From Cenarchaeum sp. (GTDB taxonomy: Archaea; Thermoproteota; Nitrososphaeria; Nitrososphaerales; Nitrosopumilaceae): a DNA stretch of 64,000 nt. Shown piece by piece: positions 30,788 through 41,921 of the stretch. The DNA is taken from contig CBDESU010000001.1 in the NCBI GenBank assembly GCA_965242695.1, forward strand, positions 2,148,537 through 2,212,536. Direction: 5' to 3'. Both the position numbers and the translations under genes were made by a program. The notes below the pieces were generated by a model, which worked only from the letters and a program-made list of their open reading frames with translations, searched no databases and was not told the DNA's origin. Numbering within the stretch: position 1 is the stretch's first letter; every line of letters starts with the position of its first letter.

Positions 30788-30969
30788 CGGCCGGCCGGCG
30801 CGTGGCTCCCTATTAAGGGGCGTGAACGACGGATCCGGAGCCTCGGCTGGCGCCTGCGCCCTGCGCCAGCTGTGCGAGTATGAGTGTCGAGGGGGGATCG
30901 GGCTGCCCGCGGCAACGGCGGCCTGTCTCCGCAGGCCGTCGCCGGACTGGAGGCAGCTCGCTGACACCC

Positions 30970-31341
30970 TCACGTACCAATCTGGAACGGAAGCATCTCC
31001 TCTATACTGCACAGCAGTTCGTGGGCGGACTTGCGGCGGTCGTCTTCGAGCATGTGCCCCTTGCGGTACCGCGCCTGCATGCTCAGTTCGTAGAGATCCC
31101 TGTAGTCTTTGAAGACTTGCGGCAGCTCGCCCTCGACCCGTTGGTTCCTCTCGGCATGGTTCCTAGGCTCCCGCCCCGTCTGCAGGACAAGCCAGTAGTT
31201 TATCCTGTGCAGGGCAGAATAGAACAGCGCGTTCACCTTCCAGTTGTGAAATTTGTCGGGCCAAGTTGCCTGAACCAGCTCGTAGAAGAGTCGGTTCTGT
31301 TCGCTCTCCTCTTTGTACCATTCCAGCGTCGGGGCCATCAC
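30970..31341 (-). CDS. HEPN-like protein, pair 5 (intact)
   Basis: FYSALH, PRNH and YxxLYxxSxxARY pattern, as in HEPN partners of MNT. Confidence 0.7.
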   Translation of the reverse strand: MMAPTLEWYKEESEQNRLFYELVQATWPDKFHNWKVNALFYSALHRINYWLVLQTGREPRNHAERNQRVEGELPQVFKDYRDLYELSMQARYRKGHMLEDDRRKSAHELLCSIEEMLPFQIGT

Positions 31342-31634
31342 TGCCTAGCCTCCCGCTCGTAGATGATCTTGCTGTCGGCAATGTCGTCCTTGGTCGAGTC
31401 GGGGATTGGCAGCGCTGTGATCATGCGACCGGGCATCTCGTGATCGATCGCCGTCCCTCCGTCGCCGATGCCGCGGACCATTGCCTTGTCCCTGTCGGGA
31501 TCGTGGTCGTGGACGACCAGAATGAACACCTCCACGCTCCCGTCGTCGATGTACCCGACCTTTGAGACGTACTCCAAGCCGCATATTTTCTCTAGTATGA
31601 GAGACTCTAGCTTTGAGACCTGTATCGTCGACAT
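31338..31634 (-). CDS. MNT-like small protein, pair 5
   Basis: Family paralog; TTAATA upstream. Confidence 0.7.
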   Translation of the reverse strand: MSTIQVSKLESLILEKICGLEYVSKVGYIDDGSVEVFILVVHDHDPDRDKAMVRGIGDGGTAIDHEMPGRMITALPIPDSTKDDIADSKIIYEREARQ

Positions 31635-31855
31635 CGGGCGCCCGGCGCGCGGCTCCCTATTAAGTCCTATGAACGCCGGATCCGGGCGGCCTGCGGGCGC
31701 CTACGCCGCCGCCCTACGGCGTGGGCGCCAGCGGCAGAAGCGGCGCAGAAGGGGGGCCGTCCCTAGACCCCGGCCGCGGGACGATCACTCGATCGCGCAA
31801 CCCGCCTCAGCTCCCCGTCCCGTCTAGGATGCCGCGGGCGGAACGCCTGCCCGCC

Positions 31856-34276
31856 CTACGGCGGGTACGCAAACGTCGCGTTCGCGGACAGCTTGCCGGC
31901 CGTCGCCTGCATCGTGTACACGCCCTTTTCGAGCCCGTCCGGCACGGGCCACTTTGACGGATAGTCCGACGCCCTGCCGGGCAGGCTCAGCCCGTCGCCG
32001 ACCTCGTCCCCGCCTGCGTCCACCACCGCGATGCTGATCGGGTTGTTGGCAGCCCCGATCACCCTAAAGTTGAGCAGGTCGCCGCCCGTGGACGCAAGCG
32101 GCTCGAACCCCTCGATGAGCAGCGTGATCCCCTCGGCCCTCTCCTCCTCGACCTCGAACTCGGCGCTCGCAAAGTTCGTGCCGGCCTCGGCGCGCAGCGT
32201 CCACATGCCGGCGGCCGCGTCCGCCGGCACCCTGAACGTGCTCACCGACAGCTTGCCGTCGGCATCGACCGTCTCGGCCTTGTCGGTAATGACGTCGCGC
32301 GAGCTGACGGTCTGGCCGCCGGGGCCGATCAACGACAGCGTCACCAGCACGCTCTCCTTGTTCTCGACCGTGCCGAGTATTACAATCTGCTCGCCCGGCA
32401 GGTACTTTTGCCGGGTCGTCTGCACGGTGATCCTGCCCGAGCCCTCCTCGAGCCCCACCGAGAAGAGCGTCGACGCCTGCGAGGCCGCGTGGGACACGAC
32501 GACCGTGTACACCCCGGACGAGTACCCGAACAGGTCGAGGGGATACTCGAACCTGCCGAGCGCGTCGAGCACGCCGGCGCTCGCAAACCTCTCGGTCTCG
32601 CCGAGCAGCACGGACAGCGTGACGGTCGCGCCGGGCGGGCCGTCGACGGCGAACACGGCAAGGTCGCCGGCCTGGTAGTTTACGCTGCCCGCGCGCACCG
32701 CAAGGCGCGGCTTGGGCGGCTCGCCGAGCCCCACGTTGACCGTCGCCACGTGGGCCCCCTGGAATGCGAACGCCGTGTACGTCCCCTCGATGCTGTCTAT
32801 CGTGGTGGGCATCTCGAATGCGAACTCGCCGGTGGCCGACACGTTGGCGGTCTCGGAATAGACCTCCTGCCCGCGCGGGCTCTCTATAATGGCAGTGAGG
32901 GCCCCGGACGGCTCGCCCCTGCCCGAGAAGCGGAGGGCCTCGCCCGGCTCGAACCGCTCCTTTGCCGCCTCTAGGGCGACCCTCGACTCGTCGGCGACCT
33001 GCCACGAGCGCTCCTCGGACGTCGTCCCGTCCGTAATGGTCGCCGTGTAGTTGCCGATGCCGGCGGCTATGGGCATGAGCAGGCCGTACGACCAGTCTCC
33101 GCCTGCGCCGACCTCGGTCTGGCGCGCCGTCACGGGCGCGCCCGTGCCGTCGGTTATGGTGATCGTAACGGACGCGCCCGGCGCGCCGGTCCCCGAAAAC
33201 GCGAGCGCGCCACCCGGGTGCGTCGAGCCGGGCGACTCCGTTATGGCGAGCTGGATGCCAGGAGCCGCGCCGCCGCCGACCGCCGCCGCGCCGCCCCCGC
33301 CGGACCTCGCCCCGCCGGGCACCTCGGCTATCCGCACGCTGTACGTGCGCTCGTTTCCGTGCCCGTCGCGGACGGCAAACTCGGCCCTGTCGGCAGGCAG
33401 GTCCGGCGGGAGCGCGGCCGATGCGACGAACCTGCCCGACTGGTCGGCGGCAAACTGCGCGAGCTGGGACCCTCCAAGGTGCAGCGTGAGCGGCTGCCCG
33501 GCGCCGAACCCCTGGCCGACGACCCTGATGTGGGCGCCGACGTGCGGCGCGTCCGGCACGAGCCAGAACTCTGATCCCGGGAGGACGCCGTCCTTTGGCT
33601 GCGCGTCAAGCTCGGCCTGGCGCCTGCGCTCCTCCTCGAGCCGCTGCCGCTCCTCCTCGAGCCGCTGCCGCTCGTCGGCAATGCGCTGCTCCTCGGCGAG
33701 CCGCTCGGCCTCGATGCGCTCCTCCTCGGCCACGCGCTCGGCCTCTGCCGCGCGCGCCTCTAGCGCAATGCTCGACGGGGGCCCCGACGCTATCGTAACG
33801 CCCAGGCCGATCTCGTCCCTGTTCCCGTCCAGGGCCCGCCAGTTGACCGACGGCGATGCGGCGTCGGACTTTATGCCAAACTTTACGTCCTGCCCCGGCC
33901 CGACTGCGCGGTCGGGCGCGGCCGTAAAGACGAGGACGCCCTGCGGGAGGCGCTCGCCCGTCCAGCCCTTTTCGGCCTTGAACGACTTGAAGGTCGCGTT
34001 GCCGCTCAGCCACAGGCGGAACGTCTCGGCCGTGCCGGGCCCCGAGTTTGCAAACCTCACGACGGTGGTCGCATCGTGGCCGACGCCGGCGGCGCTGATG
34101 GCCGCGTGGGCCGCCGGCGGCCAGGCCGCCTGGTGGCCGAGGCCGTCGGGGGGCGCATCCCCGGCAAGGCCGGCAAGGGCGGCTGTGGCGGCCGCCAGCG
34201 CGCACGCAAGGACGGCGGCGGCTCGGAGCGGCGGATGCAGCCGGCACGCCCGGCCGCCCCGCACTGTGCGAATCAC
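31856..34276 (-). CDS. Large secreted/surface protein with Ig-like repeats and a charged coiled-coil insert
   Basis: Hydrophobic signal segment, FKSFKAEKGWTG...VKFGIKSD domain, EEERQRL repeats and multiple beta-sandwich-like segments; start approximate. Confidence 0.75.
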   Translation of the reverse strand: MIRTVRGGRACRLHPPLRAAAVLACALAAATAALAGLAGDAPPDGLGHQAAWPPAAHAAISAAGVGHDATTVVRFANSGPGTAETFRLWLSGNATFKSFKAEKGWTGERLPQGVLVFTAAPDRAVGPGQDVKFGIKSDAASPSVNWRALDGNRDEIGLGVTIASGPPSSIALEARAAEAERVAEEERIEAERLAEEQRIADERQRLEEERQRLEEERRRQAELDAQPKDGVLPGSEFWLVPDAPHVGAHIRVVGQGFGAGQPLTLHLGGSQLAQFAADQSGRFVASAALPPDLPADRAEFAVRDGHGNERTYSVRIAEVPGGARSGGGGAAAVGGGAAPGIQLAITESPGSTHPGGALAFSGTGAPGASVTITITDGTGAPVTARQTEVGAGGDWSYGLLMPIAAGIGNYTATITDGTTSEERSWQVADESRVALEAAKERFEPGEALRFSGRGEPSGALTAIIESPRGQEVYSETANVSATGEFAFEMPTTIDSIEGTYTAFAFQGAHVATVNVGLGEPPKPRLAVRAGSVNYQAGDLAVFAVDGPPGATVTLSVLLGETERFASAGVLDALGRFEYPLDLFGYSSGVYTVVVSHAASQASTLFSVGLEEGSGRITVQTTRQKYLPGEQIVILGTVENKESVLVTLSLIGPGGQTVSSRDVITDKAETVDADGKLSVSTFRVPADAAAGMWTLRAEAGTNFASAEFEVEEERAEGITLLIEGFEPLASTGGDLLNFRVIGAANNPISIAVVDAGGDEVGDGLSLPGRASDYPSKWPVPDGLEKGVYTMQATAGKLSANATFAYPP

Positions 34277-34685
34277 GCGGCCGGCGCGATCGCCGTCTAT
34301 TTTTACCGTTTGGGCGGGGGGCGGGACGCGCTGCGCGCGCGGGGCGGGTGGGGGAGGGAGGGGCGGAGCCCGAGTGCCGCTTGCGAGGGGGAGGGGACGC
34401 CGGGGCCGGGGAAGAGGCCCCTGCCGTCCGGCCCGCCAGCGCCACTGTAGGGGCGCTACGTCGCGGCCGCTCCCTCTTCCGCCCCCGTGCATCAGCCACA
34501 TGGCATGGCCGTGCAGGGCGGCCCTGCAGGCTTCCTGTGGACCATGGAGGGATGCCGGACATGCGGCGCATGCGCTGCGCCCGGCGCGGCCGCAACTGCC
34601 GGCAGGGGCGCCGATGCGGGCGGGGCGCAGTGAGGATCGCGCCGATCCGCCGCCTTTATTAGAGGATCGCCGCCCCGCCCGGTCG

Positions 34686-34991
34686 TTGTCCACCATCCAG
34701 GTGTCCAAGATAGAGTCGCTCATACTAGAGAAGATATGCAGCTTGGACTACGTCTCAAGGGTCGGGTACATCGACGACGGGGGCGAGGAGGTGACCATCT
34801 TGGTCATCCACGACTACGACCCCGACAGGCTCAGCGAGATGATTAGCGGCATCGGCGACGGGGGGAGGGCGATCGGGAGGGAGATACGAGATCGGATGTT
34901 CAGCCCGCTGTCCATTCACGACGGCCCAGACCTGCCAGAGGGCATCATCGACGACAGCAAGATCATCTACGAGCGGGAGGCCAAGAAATGA
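34686..34991 (+). CDS. MNT-like small protein, pair 6
   Basis: Family paralog; TTTATTA upstream. Confidence 0.7.
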   Translation: MSTIQVSKIESLILEKICSLDYVSRVGYIDDGGEEVTILVIHDYDPDRLSEMISGIGDGGRAIGREIRDRMFSPLSIHDGPDLPEGIIDDSKIIYEREAKK

Positions 34992-35350
34992 CGGCCCCTA
35001 CGCTGGAATGGTACAGGGAGCAGAGCAAGCACAGCCGGGCCTTCTACGAGCTGGTTCATGCGACCTGGCCCGACAAATTTCACGACTGGAAGGTGAACCC
35101 ACTGTTCTACTCTGCCCTGCACAGGGTAAACTACTGGCTTGTCAGGGAGACGGGGCAGGCCCCCAGGAACCACGTCGAGAGGAACCGGCGCGTCGAGGTC
35201 GAGCTGCCGCAAGTGTTCGGCATCTACAATGATCTCTACCTGATGAGCATGCGGGCACGCTACCGCGCGGGGTTCAGGATGGAAGACTTGCACCGCCGCG
35301 ACGCCCTAGGTCGGCTGAACCGGCTGGAGCGGAAGCTTCCGTTTACGTAG
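34988..35350 (+). CDS. HEPN-like protein, pair 6 (intact)
   Basis: ATGA overlap; FYSALH/PRNH/ARY motifs. Confidence 0.7.
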   Translation: MTAPTLEWYREQSKHSRAFYELVHATWPDKFHDWKVNPLFYSALHRVNYWLVRETGQAPRNHVERNRRVEVELPQVFGIYNDLYLMSMRARYRAGFRMEDLHRRDALGRLNRLERKLPFT

Positions 35351-35899
35351 ACAGGAGGATTCCGCGGGCTCGACGCCCCCCGCGGGGCGCCGCGCCTGCC
35401 AGCCGCACTATGCCTGCGGAGGGACGGGGGAGGAGCTCGGGGCGCGGCGGCGGAGTGGATGTTTTGTGCGGGCAATGCCGCGGCCGCCGCGCAGCCGGCC
35501 TGCACCGCACCAAGACGCAAGGCATGAGCGGGTTCGCGGCGGGGCGCCTCGATCTTTCGAGGTCGACGCCGCGCGCCTCGCATTGGATGCAGGCCGATCG
35601 TCGGCCCGCGAGAACGGACTGCGACAGGGCGCGGCCCCGTGACATGGCGAAGGCGGGGCGGATCCGCTGGTAGTCACTGCCGAACGCACCGCATTGCCGC
35701 ACCGCATTGCCGCACCGCCAGGGCCATCCGCCGCTCCGTCCATCACACTCTCCGCGCCAACGGGCATATGCGCCCGTTCCGCGGCAGGGTGAGGTGCGCG
35801 GGAGAGTGGGCGGGATCGGCCAAACGCACAATTGCCCTCCGCACCCGCCCTCCATGCCAGATCCGATGTTTTATTAGGGGGCCTCCGTCCCAAGCGGCG

Positions 35900-36277
35900 A
35901 TGCCCACGCCAGCGGCCGGCGATCCCGGCGGGTCGACGACAGACGAGGACGCCGGCGTTCCCGTCCACCAGCTGTACCCACTGCGGCCATCGAAACTCGA
36001 GCCGCTTATACACGAAAAGATATGCAGCCTCGACTACGTCTCAAAGGTCGGGTACATCGACGGGGGACGCGAAGAGGTGTTCATCTTGGTCATCCACGAC
36101 TACGATCCCGACAGGCTCGGCGAGATGATTAGCGGTATCGGCGACGGTGGGAGGGCGATCGAGGACGAATTCCCCGATCGCATGTTCAGCCCGCTGGCAA
36201 TCCACGACGGCCCCGATCTGCCCGAGGGCATACTCGCCGACAGCAAGGTCATCTACGAGAGGAATGCCAAGAAATGA
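35900..36277 (+). CDS. MNT-like small protein, pair 7 (N-terminally extended)
   Basis: Family paralog; TTTTATTA upstream. Confidence 0.65.
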   Translation: MPTPAAGDPGGSTTDEDAGVPVHQLYPLRPSKLEPLIHEKICSLDYVSKVGYIDGGREEVFILVIHDYDPDRLGEMISGIGDGGRAIEDEFPDRMFSPLAIHDGPDLPEGILADSKVIYERNAKK

Positions 36278-36624
36278 CGGCCCCGCGATGAGGCCGCACA
36301 GAAGGGAGATCGAGTACAGCGCGGTTTCTATGAGTGGCCCTGGTTGCATGGCCCAACGACTTTGATTGCTGGAAGGTGAACACACTGTCATACTCGGGCC
36401 GCACAGGGTACTGGCCTGTCAAGCAGACGGGGCGGCCCGAGGAGACGCTCTGAGAGGCACTGGAGGTCGAGAACGGGATGCCGCAGGTGCGTGGCGACTA
36501 CGTGGGCCTCCACCTTGCGAGCATGCGGGCGCGGTACCGCGACATGTTCAGGACAGGGGACTTGCGCCGCAGCCGCGCCCTGACCCGGCTGAGCCGGCTG
36601 GAGAGGACGCTTCCGTTTGCGTAG
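36274..36624 (+). pseudogene. HEPN-like partner, pair 7 (degraded)
   Basis: Early stop and frameshifts; SMRARYR and LERTLPF remnants. Confidence 0.6.
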
Positions 36625-37060
36625 CCGGCAGACTCGAGAACCCTGCGCACTCTTCCCCGAAGGGCGCCGTTGCTGCCGCTACGCCTGTCGCCGAGTGCGG
36701 GCCGCGTCGGAGGATGTTGGGTGCGGCGTTTGCGGCGAGTGGGTGCTTTGAGCCGGCGGTCGCGCTGCCGCTGCGCGGCCGACTTGTCCCCGAGCGAAGC
36801 ACAGGGCATTGGCAGGATCGCGGCGCGGCTGGTATCGCGCCCCATCACACTGCCGCCTTTGATCGTCCTGCAAGCACCGGGTTTCTGCACCAGCGGGCGG
36901 CAATGGAGCAACGGCCGGCGGAAGTAGCCTCGCCCCCGATTTCCGCCCCCTCTTCCGCGCCATCCCTAGGCCAGCGGCCCTGCGGGACCTCCGGCGGCGG
37001 GCACGACCGGATCCCGACGATCCGCCGCCTTTATCATGGGGTCGCAACCCCGCCCGGCCG

Positions 37061-37366
37061 TTGTCCACCATACAGGTGTCCAAGATAGAGCCGCTCATAC
37101 TAGAGAAGATATGCACCCTCGACTACGTCTCAAAGGTCGGGTACATCGACGCGGGGCGCGGTGAGGTGACCATCCTAGTCATACACGACGACGATCCTAG
37201 CAGGGTCGGCGAGATGATTCGAAGTATAGGGGACGGCGGGACGGCAATCGAGGATGAAATGCCCGGTCGGATGGTCAGTGCGGTGGCGATCCCGTGCGGC
37301 CCCGACCTGCCAGAGGGCATCATCGCAGACAGCAAGATCATCTACGAGAGGGAGACTGGGCAATGA
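37061..37366 (+). CDS. MNT-like small protein, pair 8
   Basis: Family paralog; TTTATCA upstream. Confidence 0.7.
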   Translation: MSTIQVSKIEPLILEKICTLDYVSKVGYIDAGRGEVTILVIHDDDPSRVGEMIRSIGDGGTAIEDEMPGRMVSAVAIPCGPDLPEGIIADSKIIYERETGQ

Positions 37367-37640
37367 CGGCCCCGACGCTGGAATGGTACAGGGAGCAGAG
37401 CGAGCACAATCGTGGCATCTACGAGCTGCTTCAGGCGACAAGCCCGGCGGCGCGCACGACTGAAGGCCGCCGCGCTGTCCTGCCAGGGCTCGCACAGGGC
37501 AGGCCGCCGGCCGGCCAGGCAGGCGGAGCGGGCGCCCGAGCGCCGCCTTGATGGAACCTGCGGGGGAGCGTGAGCTGCCGCGGGCGTTTGACGGCTGCAG
37601 GGAGTCCCTGCCTGACGGGACTGCGGGCGCGCCGCCGCGG
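37363..37640 (+). pseudogene. HEPN-like partner, pair 8 (degraded)
   Basis: MTAPTLEWYREQSEHN followed by a frameshift. Confidence 0.6.
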
Positions 37641-37839
37641 CGGGTCGTGACTGGGATTCCGGCCGCAACAGCGCCCCTGCCCTGCCGATCCTACCGGAGG
37701 AGATTCCCGCCTGCGCGACGGAACCGCTGCAGGAGGCCCGCGGCTACATGGACCGCAGTCTTCCCCAGCAGCCCCGATGCATCCGCGCGGCGATGCCCGG
37801 CGGCGGAGCGGGCAAGAGGCGGGCCGCCCCAGAGCCGGC

Positions 37840-39957
37840 CTAGCCCTCGGACCCTGCCCCGCGGACGCCGCCGCCCCTCCCCCTCGGGTCGGGGCGCGCC
37901 TCCATGTTCTGGTACTGCCGTATGCGCTCGGCCACGAGCCTGTACAGCGACCTGAACTGGTCCTTTGTCCGGTCAGACAAAAACTCGGTCTCGCCGAGCG
38001 CGATCTTTTCGCACACGTACCTCGTAATCTCCTCGTTCTCGAACCGCCCCCACCCGTCCTCGCGGCGCTCGGCCCATATCGCATCTAGGTTGGCGAGCAC
38101 CCCGTCGTGGCCCATGCCCTCGACGTCCCCGACGGACAGGCTGCGGTACCCCTCGCGCCGGAGCTTTATCTCGTACGTCTGGTTTACGGCGTGCATGTAG
38201 TCCTCGGCGGCCATGTAGTCCTCTATGGACCTCACCGGCCGGCCGTCCCTCTCGAAGAATATCGCCTGCACCTTCGAGAGGCCGTTGTCGACGAGCTGCG
38301 ACGCTATCCGCTTGGACTCCTCGCTGTTGTCGAGCAGGACGAACGTGCGGTACCCGTGCCTCTTGTAGAATATGGCTAGCGGCAGGACGGAGTTCTTGCT
38401 GAACGCCGGCACGACGTTGAGCGGGTTCATAGAGATGTTGGGGTCCTCCAGGAACCGGTCGAACGCGTTGAGGTACATGCTGTCCGAGAGCGTCTCGACG
38501 ATGATGATCGGGCGCGAGTTCGTGCCGATCTCCCTGTCCACGATCGACTGGACGAGCCCCCTGGACAGCCCGTACAGGACGGGCGTGAGCGTCTTGTCGT
38601 CGGCGCTCCAGTAGTCGTAGAATATGCGGCTCAGGTGGCGGCGCTTGTCGAGCTCGACAACGAGCAGGTTGCCCGGCGTGTAGTCGAATATCATGAACGG
38701 CGAGTGCGTCGCGTACAGGACCTGGTTGGATCCCGCCAGGTCCCTGAGCAGGTCCGATATGCCCATCTGCTGCGTCGGGTGCAGGTTGCGCGCCGGCTCG
38801 TCGAGCAGGAGTATGGCCTCCTTCAGCTCGGCGCGCTGCGTCTCGGCCGCAAAGTTTACGATGAACGAAAACGTCCACTTGAACCCCTCGGCCCTGCGGT
38901 TGAGCAGGCCCGTGTTCGTTATCGTCCCGTCGTGGTGCACGTCGGATATGACGACGCTCATAATGTTGCCCGGCTGGTACCGCAGGTCGACGTGTATCGG
39001 GTCGCCCTTCCACGCGGGGTTGAGCCGCTCCGTTAGCCGGTTGCTCGCCGTGTTTAGGAACTTTATGAGCCGCGACGGGCTGTCGTGGAGCCGCTCCATC
39101 TCCTCGACGTCGAGCTCGGCCAGGTAGAACAGGTTGCGGACCGTCTCGGCCCTGTCGAACTCCTCGATGTACTCTATCCCGGCGGCCCTCTTCTCGCCCT
39201 TGGACTCGCGGATGTACTCGTTGAGGTTTATGTTGCCGTATATCTTCTTGTAGTCGGAAAAGTAGACGAACCTCGGGTGGATATTCTCCTCGATGTAGTT
39301 CTCTAGCGCGATGCGGTCGGTCGTCCCCGTGAGCAGCGCCTCGAACCTGTTGCCGGGGTCCCTGTACAGCTTTTGCCACTCGGAGACGACCTGCGGCTCG
39401 TCGGCGGCCCTCACGTGGAACTGGTTGCTAAAGCTCGCCATCGCGTCGTCGAACTCGTCCTTTGTAGCCGGCGGGCGCGGCCCACGAAAGAAGGACGGGT
39501 CGAGCTGTATCCGGATGTGGTTTGGTATGGTGTCCAGGAACGCCATGATGCGCTCCTTGAAGTTCTCCCAGGAGTTGAGGCCCTTGTTCTCCTCGGCGCT
39601 TATGGCGAGCGGGCCAAAGTCGTACTCTGCCTTTGGCGACCTGTTGGTGCGGTATATGCGGAGGGTGCGCACCTCCGGTATGGCCGGAAACCGCTCCCGT
39701 ATGAGGCGCGTCTCGTTGGCGTTCAGGTCGAACTCGCCGTCGGCGAGGCGTATCTCGCCCTTCAAGTCCTCGGACATCTCGTCGCACAGGTCGAGCTCGG
39801 AGACGGGCGCGTCCTTGTTGAGGAGCGTAAGCGCCTGCAGTATGGTCGTCTTGCCGCTCTCGTTGCGGCCGACGAACGCGGCAAGGTCGCCGACCCTTAT
39901 CTCGCCCGAGTCGTGTATGCACCGGTATGCCCTCACCCGGAACTTGCGCAGCCGCAC
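37840..39957 (-). CDS. OLD-family-like ABC ATPase with TOPRIM domain
   Basis: Walker A GRNESGKT, LLLDEP, ATHSPF and TOPRIM IIVE..SD / LLD motifs; TTAAAT upstream. Confidence 0.85.
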   Translation of the reverse strand: MRLRKFRVRAYRCIHDSGEIRVGDLAAFVGRNESGKTTILQALTLLNKDAPVSELDLCDEMSEDLKGEIRLADGEFDLNANETRLIRERFPAIPEVRTLRIYRTNRSPKAEYDFGPLAISAEENKGLNSWENFKERIMAFLDTIPNHIRIQLDPSFFRGPRPPATKDEFDDAMASFSNQFHVRAADEPQVVSEWQKLYRDPGNRFEALLTGTTDRIALENYIEENIHPRFVYFSDYKKIYGNINLNEYIRESKGEKRAAGIEYIEEFDRAETVRNLFYLAELDVEEMERLHDSPSRLIKFLNTASNRLTERLNPAWKGDPIHVDLRYQPGNIMSVVISDVHHDGTITNTGLLNRRAEGFKWTFSFIVNFAAETQRAELKEAILLLDEPARNLHPTQQMGISDLLRDLAGSNQVLYATHSPFMIFDYTPGNLLVVELDKRRHLSRIFYDYWSADDKTLTPVLYGLSRGLVQSIVDREIGTNSRPIIIVETLSDSMYLNAFDRFLEDPNISMNPLNVVPAFSKNSVLPLAIFYKRHGYRTFVLLDNSEESKRIASQLVDNGLSKVQAIFFERDGRPVRSIEDYMAAEDYMHAVNQTYEIKLRREGYRSLSVGDVEGMGHDGVLANLDAIWAERREDGWGRFENEEITRYVCEKIALGETEFLSDRTKDQFRSLYRLVAERIRQYQNMEARPDPRGRGGGVRGAGSEG

Positions 39958-40254
39958 AGGGCGCGGCCGGGCCGCGTTTGATTTAACTCATGCGCGGGGC
40001 GGCCGGGCGGGCGCCGGCCGCGGGCGTGCCGGGGGGCAGGGGCGGGCGAAGGGCCTGCGGAGACCTGTCGGGCGTCGCCGGGAAAGAGGGGCTGGGCAGG
40101 GCGGGGCGGCTGCGGCCGGTCGCCGGGAAGGCGCGGCAGTCCCGCAGGCGGCCGGGCTTCCCGAGCCTCCCCCCGGCGCGCCCGGGGGGCGGCCGCGGGG
40201 GGGGGCGCATGCACCGATGACAGGCCAAAGTTTTTATCGGGAGTCGGGACACGC

Positions 40255-40857
40255 GTGGGCATGGGCATGGCTGAAAAGATGCTCGCGACGTGCAATCCGC
40301 TGCACAGGATTGTCATACTGCTAGCCTCCTCCAACGGGGGCGAGCCGATCAGGGGCAGGACAAAGCTGCAAAAGATGGTGTTCATGCTGACCCGGGGGGA
40401 AGGCTGGAAAGACTTCCCGTGCGGGTACGCCGCGGGCGAATGCGGCCCGCACAGCGACGTTGTCGAGGAAGAGGCCTGCCGCTTGGAGGAGGCGGGGGTT
40501 CTGCGCACCGATGGCGGCAACATCTCCGTCACGCAGCTGGGCAGGGAGGTTGCCAGCAAGATCGCCGTGGGCGAAGACCGCCTCACGCTAGCCATGATCG
40601 ACGAGCACAAGGACATGTTCAACGACCTGACGGCCGACGAGCTTCTGGCGTACGTCTACACTGCATATCCGGGCATGTCGACAAGGTCGTCTACGTACGA
40701 CCGGATAATGCCCGACCAAGAGCGGCATGTCATGTCGATGCTGAAAAAGGAAAAGATCACGTCGGAGCGCGCGTCCGAGCTTCTCGGCCGCCCACTCGAG
40801 GATGTCCTGAGGCTGACCGGCAGGCTGCACACACTGGCGCGAGGCGGCCGCGTCTGA
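40255..40857 (+). CDS. Winged-helix antitoxin-like protein (YwgA/SocA-like N-terminus, UPF0175-like C-terminus)
   Basis: IRGRTKLQKMVF and GPHS motifs; C-terminal ITSERASELLG; TTTTTAT upstream. Confidence 0.6.
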   Translation: MGMGMAEKMLATCNPLHRIVILLASSNGGEPIRGRTKLQKMVFMLTRGEGWKDFPCGYAAGECGPHSDVVEEEACRLEEAGVLRTDGGNISVTQLGREVASKIAVGEDRLTLAMIDEHKDMFNDLTADELLAYVYTAYPGMSTRSSTYDRIMPDQERHVMSMLKKEKITSERASELLGRPLEDVLRLTGRLHTLARGGRV

Positions 40858-41390
40858 AGATAATGGACACGCCTGCGCTGATCGGCATCCTTGACGAACT
40901 TGACCGCCCCCACCTGATCGACGACATACTCAAACTGGGGCACACACTGGCCATCGCAGGCCATGTCAAGCCCGAGCTGCGCCGCAGCAAAGTCAGGGAA
41001 GGGGCAGAGGACATGGTGCGCCAAGGCAAGATCCGAATTTTTGCAGGCAGTACGGCCACAGAGATGCGGCGGATAAGGGAGGGCTTTCCGGGCCCAGGCC
41101 CCGGCGAGTGCGATGCGCTGCCGCTGCACGGAAGAGTGCGCGCGCAGGGAAGGTCGTACTGCACACTTGACGAAAGGCGTGCCAGATCGGCGGCCAGGAG
41201 GCTCGGCATACCGTTCACGGGCCTGCTCGGACTGCCCGGCCTGCTCAAGGAGCGGGGGATCGTCGACAAGCGCGAGGCCGGCAAGATAGCCGACGGGCTG
41301 AGGGCGCCGGCTTTTGGATGCCTGCGAACTTTGCCATATGACCCATCGCGGGGCCCCGGCACGGGAAGAGATCGATCCCGCCTCGGTTGA
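40854..41390 (+). CDS. PIN-domain protein (DUF3368-like), possibly degenerate at both ends
   Basis: IMDT, GPGE, LDERRAR and GxLG motifs; overlaps the upstream stop; C-terminus probably frameshifted. Confidence 0.6.
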   Translation: MKIMDTPALIGILDELDRPHLIDDILKLGHTLAIAGHVKPELRRSKVREGAEDMVRQGKIRIFAGSTATEMRRIREGFPGPGPGECDALPLHGRVRAQGRSYCTLDERRARSAARRLGIPFTGLLGLPGLLKERGIVDKREAGKIADGLRAPAFGCLRTLPYDPSRGPGTGRDRSRLG

Positions 41391-41544
41391 AGGCCTGCGG
41401 CGCGGGCGGCGCCTGTCGCGGTGATCGCACTGCGAGTCCGCCAGTCCAACGGGGCCGCTGCTCCCTGCGGCGGGCGGCGGCGCGGCGCGCGGGTCCCACT
41501 CCAGGTACCCACAAATCGGCATTGGGCTATGACACAGGTCGGAC

Positions 41545-41619
41545 CGCCTGAAGCCAGTCGTAGAACCGCCTGCAGCGCTCGCTCTGCTCCCTGTACCATC
41601 CGAGCGTCGGGGCCGTCAT
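41545..41619 (-). pseudogene. HEPN-like partner, pair 9 (5' stub only)
   Basis: MTAPTLGWYREQSER, after which homology stops. Confidence 0.55.
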
Positions 41620-41921
41620 TTCTTGGCCCCCCGCTCGTATATGATCTTGGTGCCAAAGAGTATGCCCTCGGGCAGGTCTGGGCCGTCGTGGATTGCCATG
41701 GTGATGATCACGCAGTCGGGCATTTCATGCTCGATCTCCGTCCCCCCGTTGCCGATGCCTCGGACTATCGCCGCATCCCTTTTGCGATCGTCGTCGTGTA
41801 TGACCCGGATGGTCACCTCCCCGTTCCCCCCGTCGATGTACCCGACCTTTGAGACGTACTCTAGGCCGCATATCTTTTCGAGTATGAGCGATTCTAGCTT
41901 CGACACCTGGACCGTCGACAT
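41616..41921 (-). CDS. MNT-like small protein, pair 9
   Basis: Family paralog; TTATTA upstream. Confidence 0.7.
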   Translation of the reverse strand: MSTVQVSKLESLILEKICGLEYVSKVGYIDGGNGEVTIRVIHDDDRKRDAAIVRGIGNGGTEIEHEMPDCVIITMAIHDGPDLPEGILFGTKIIYERGAKK

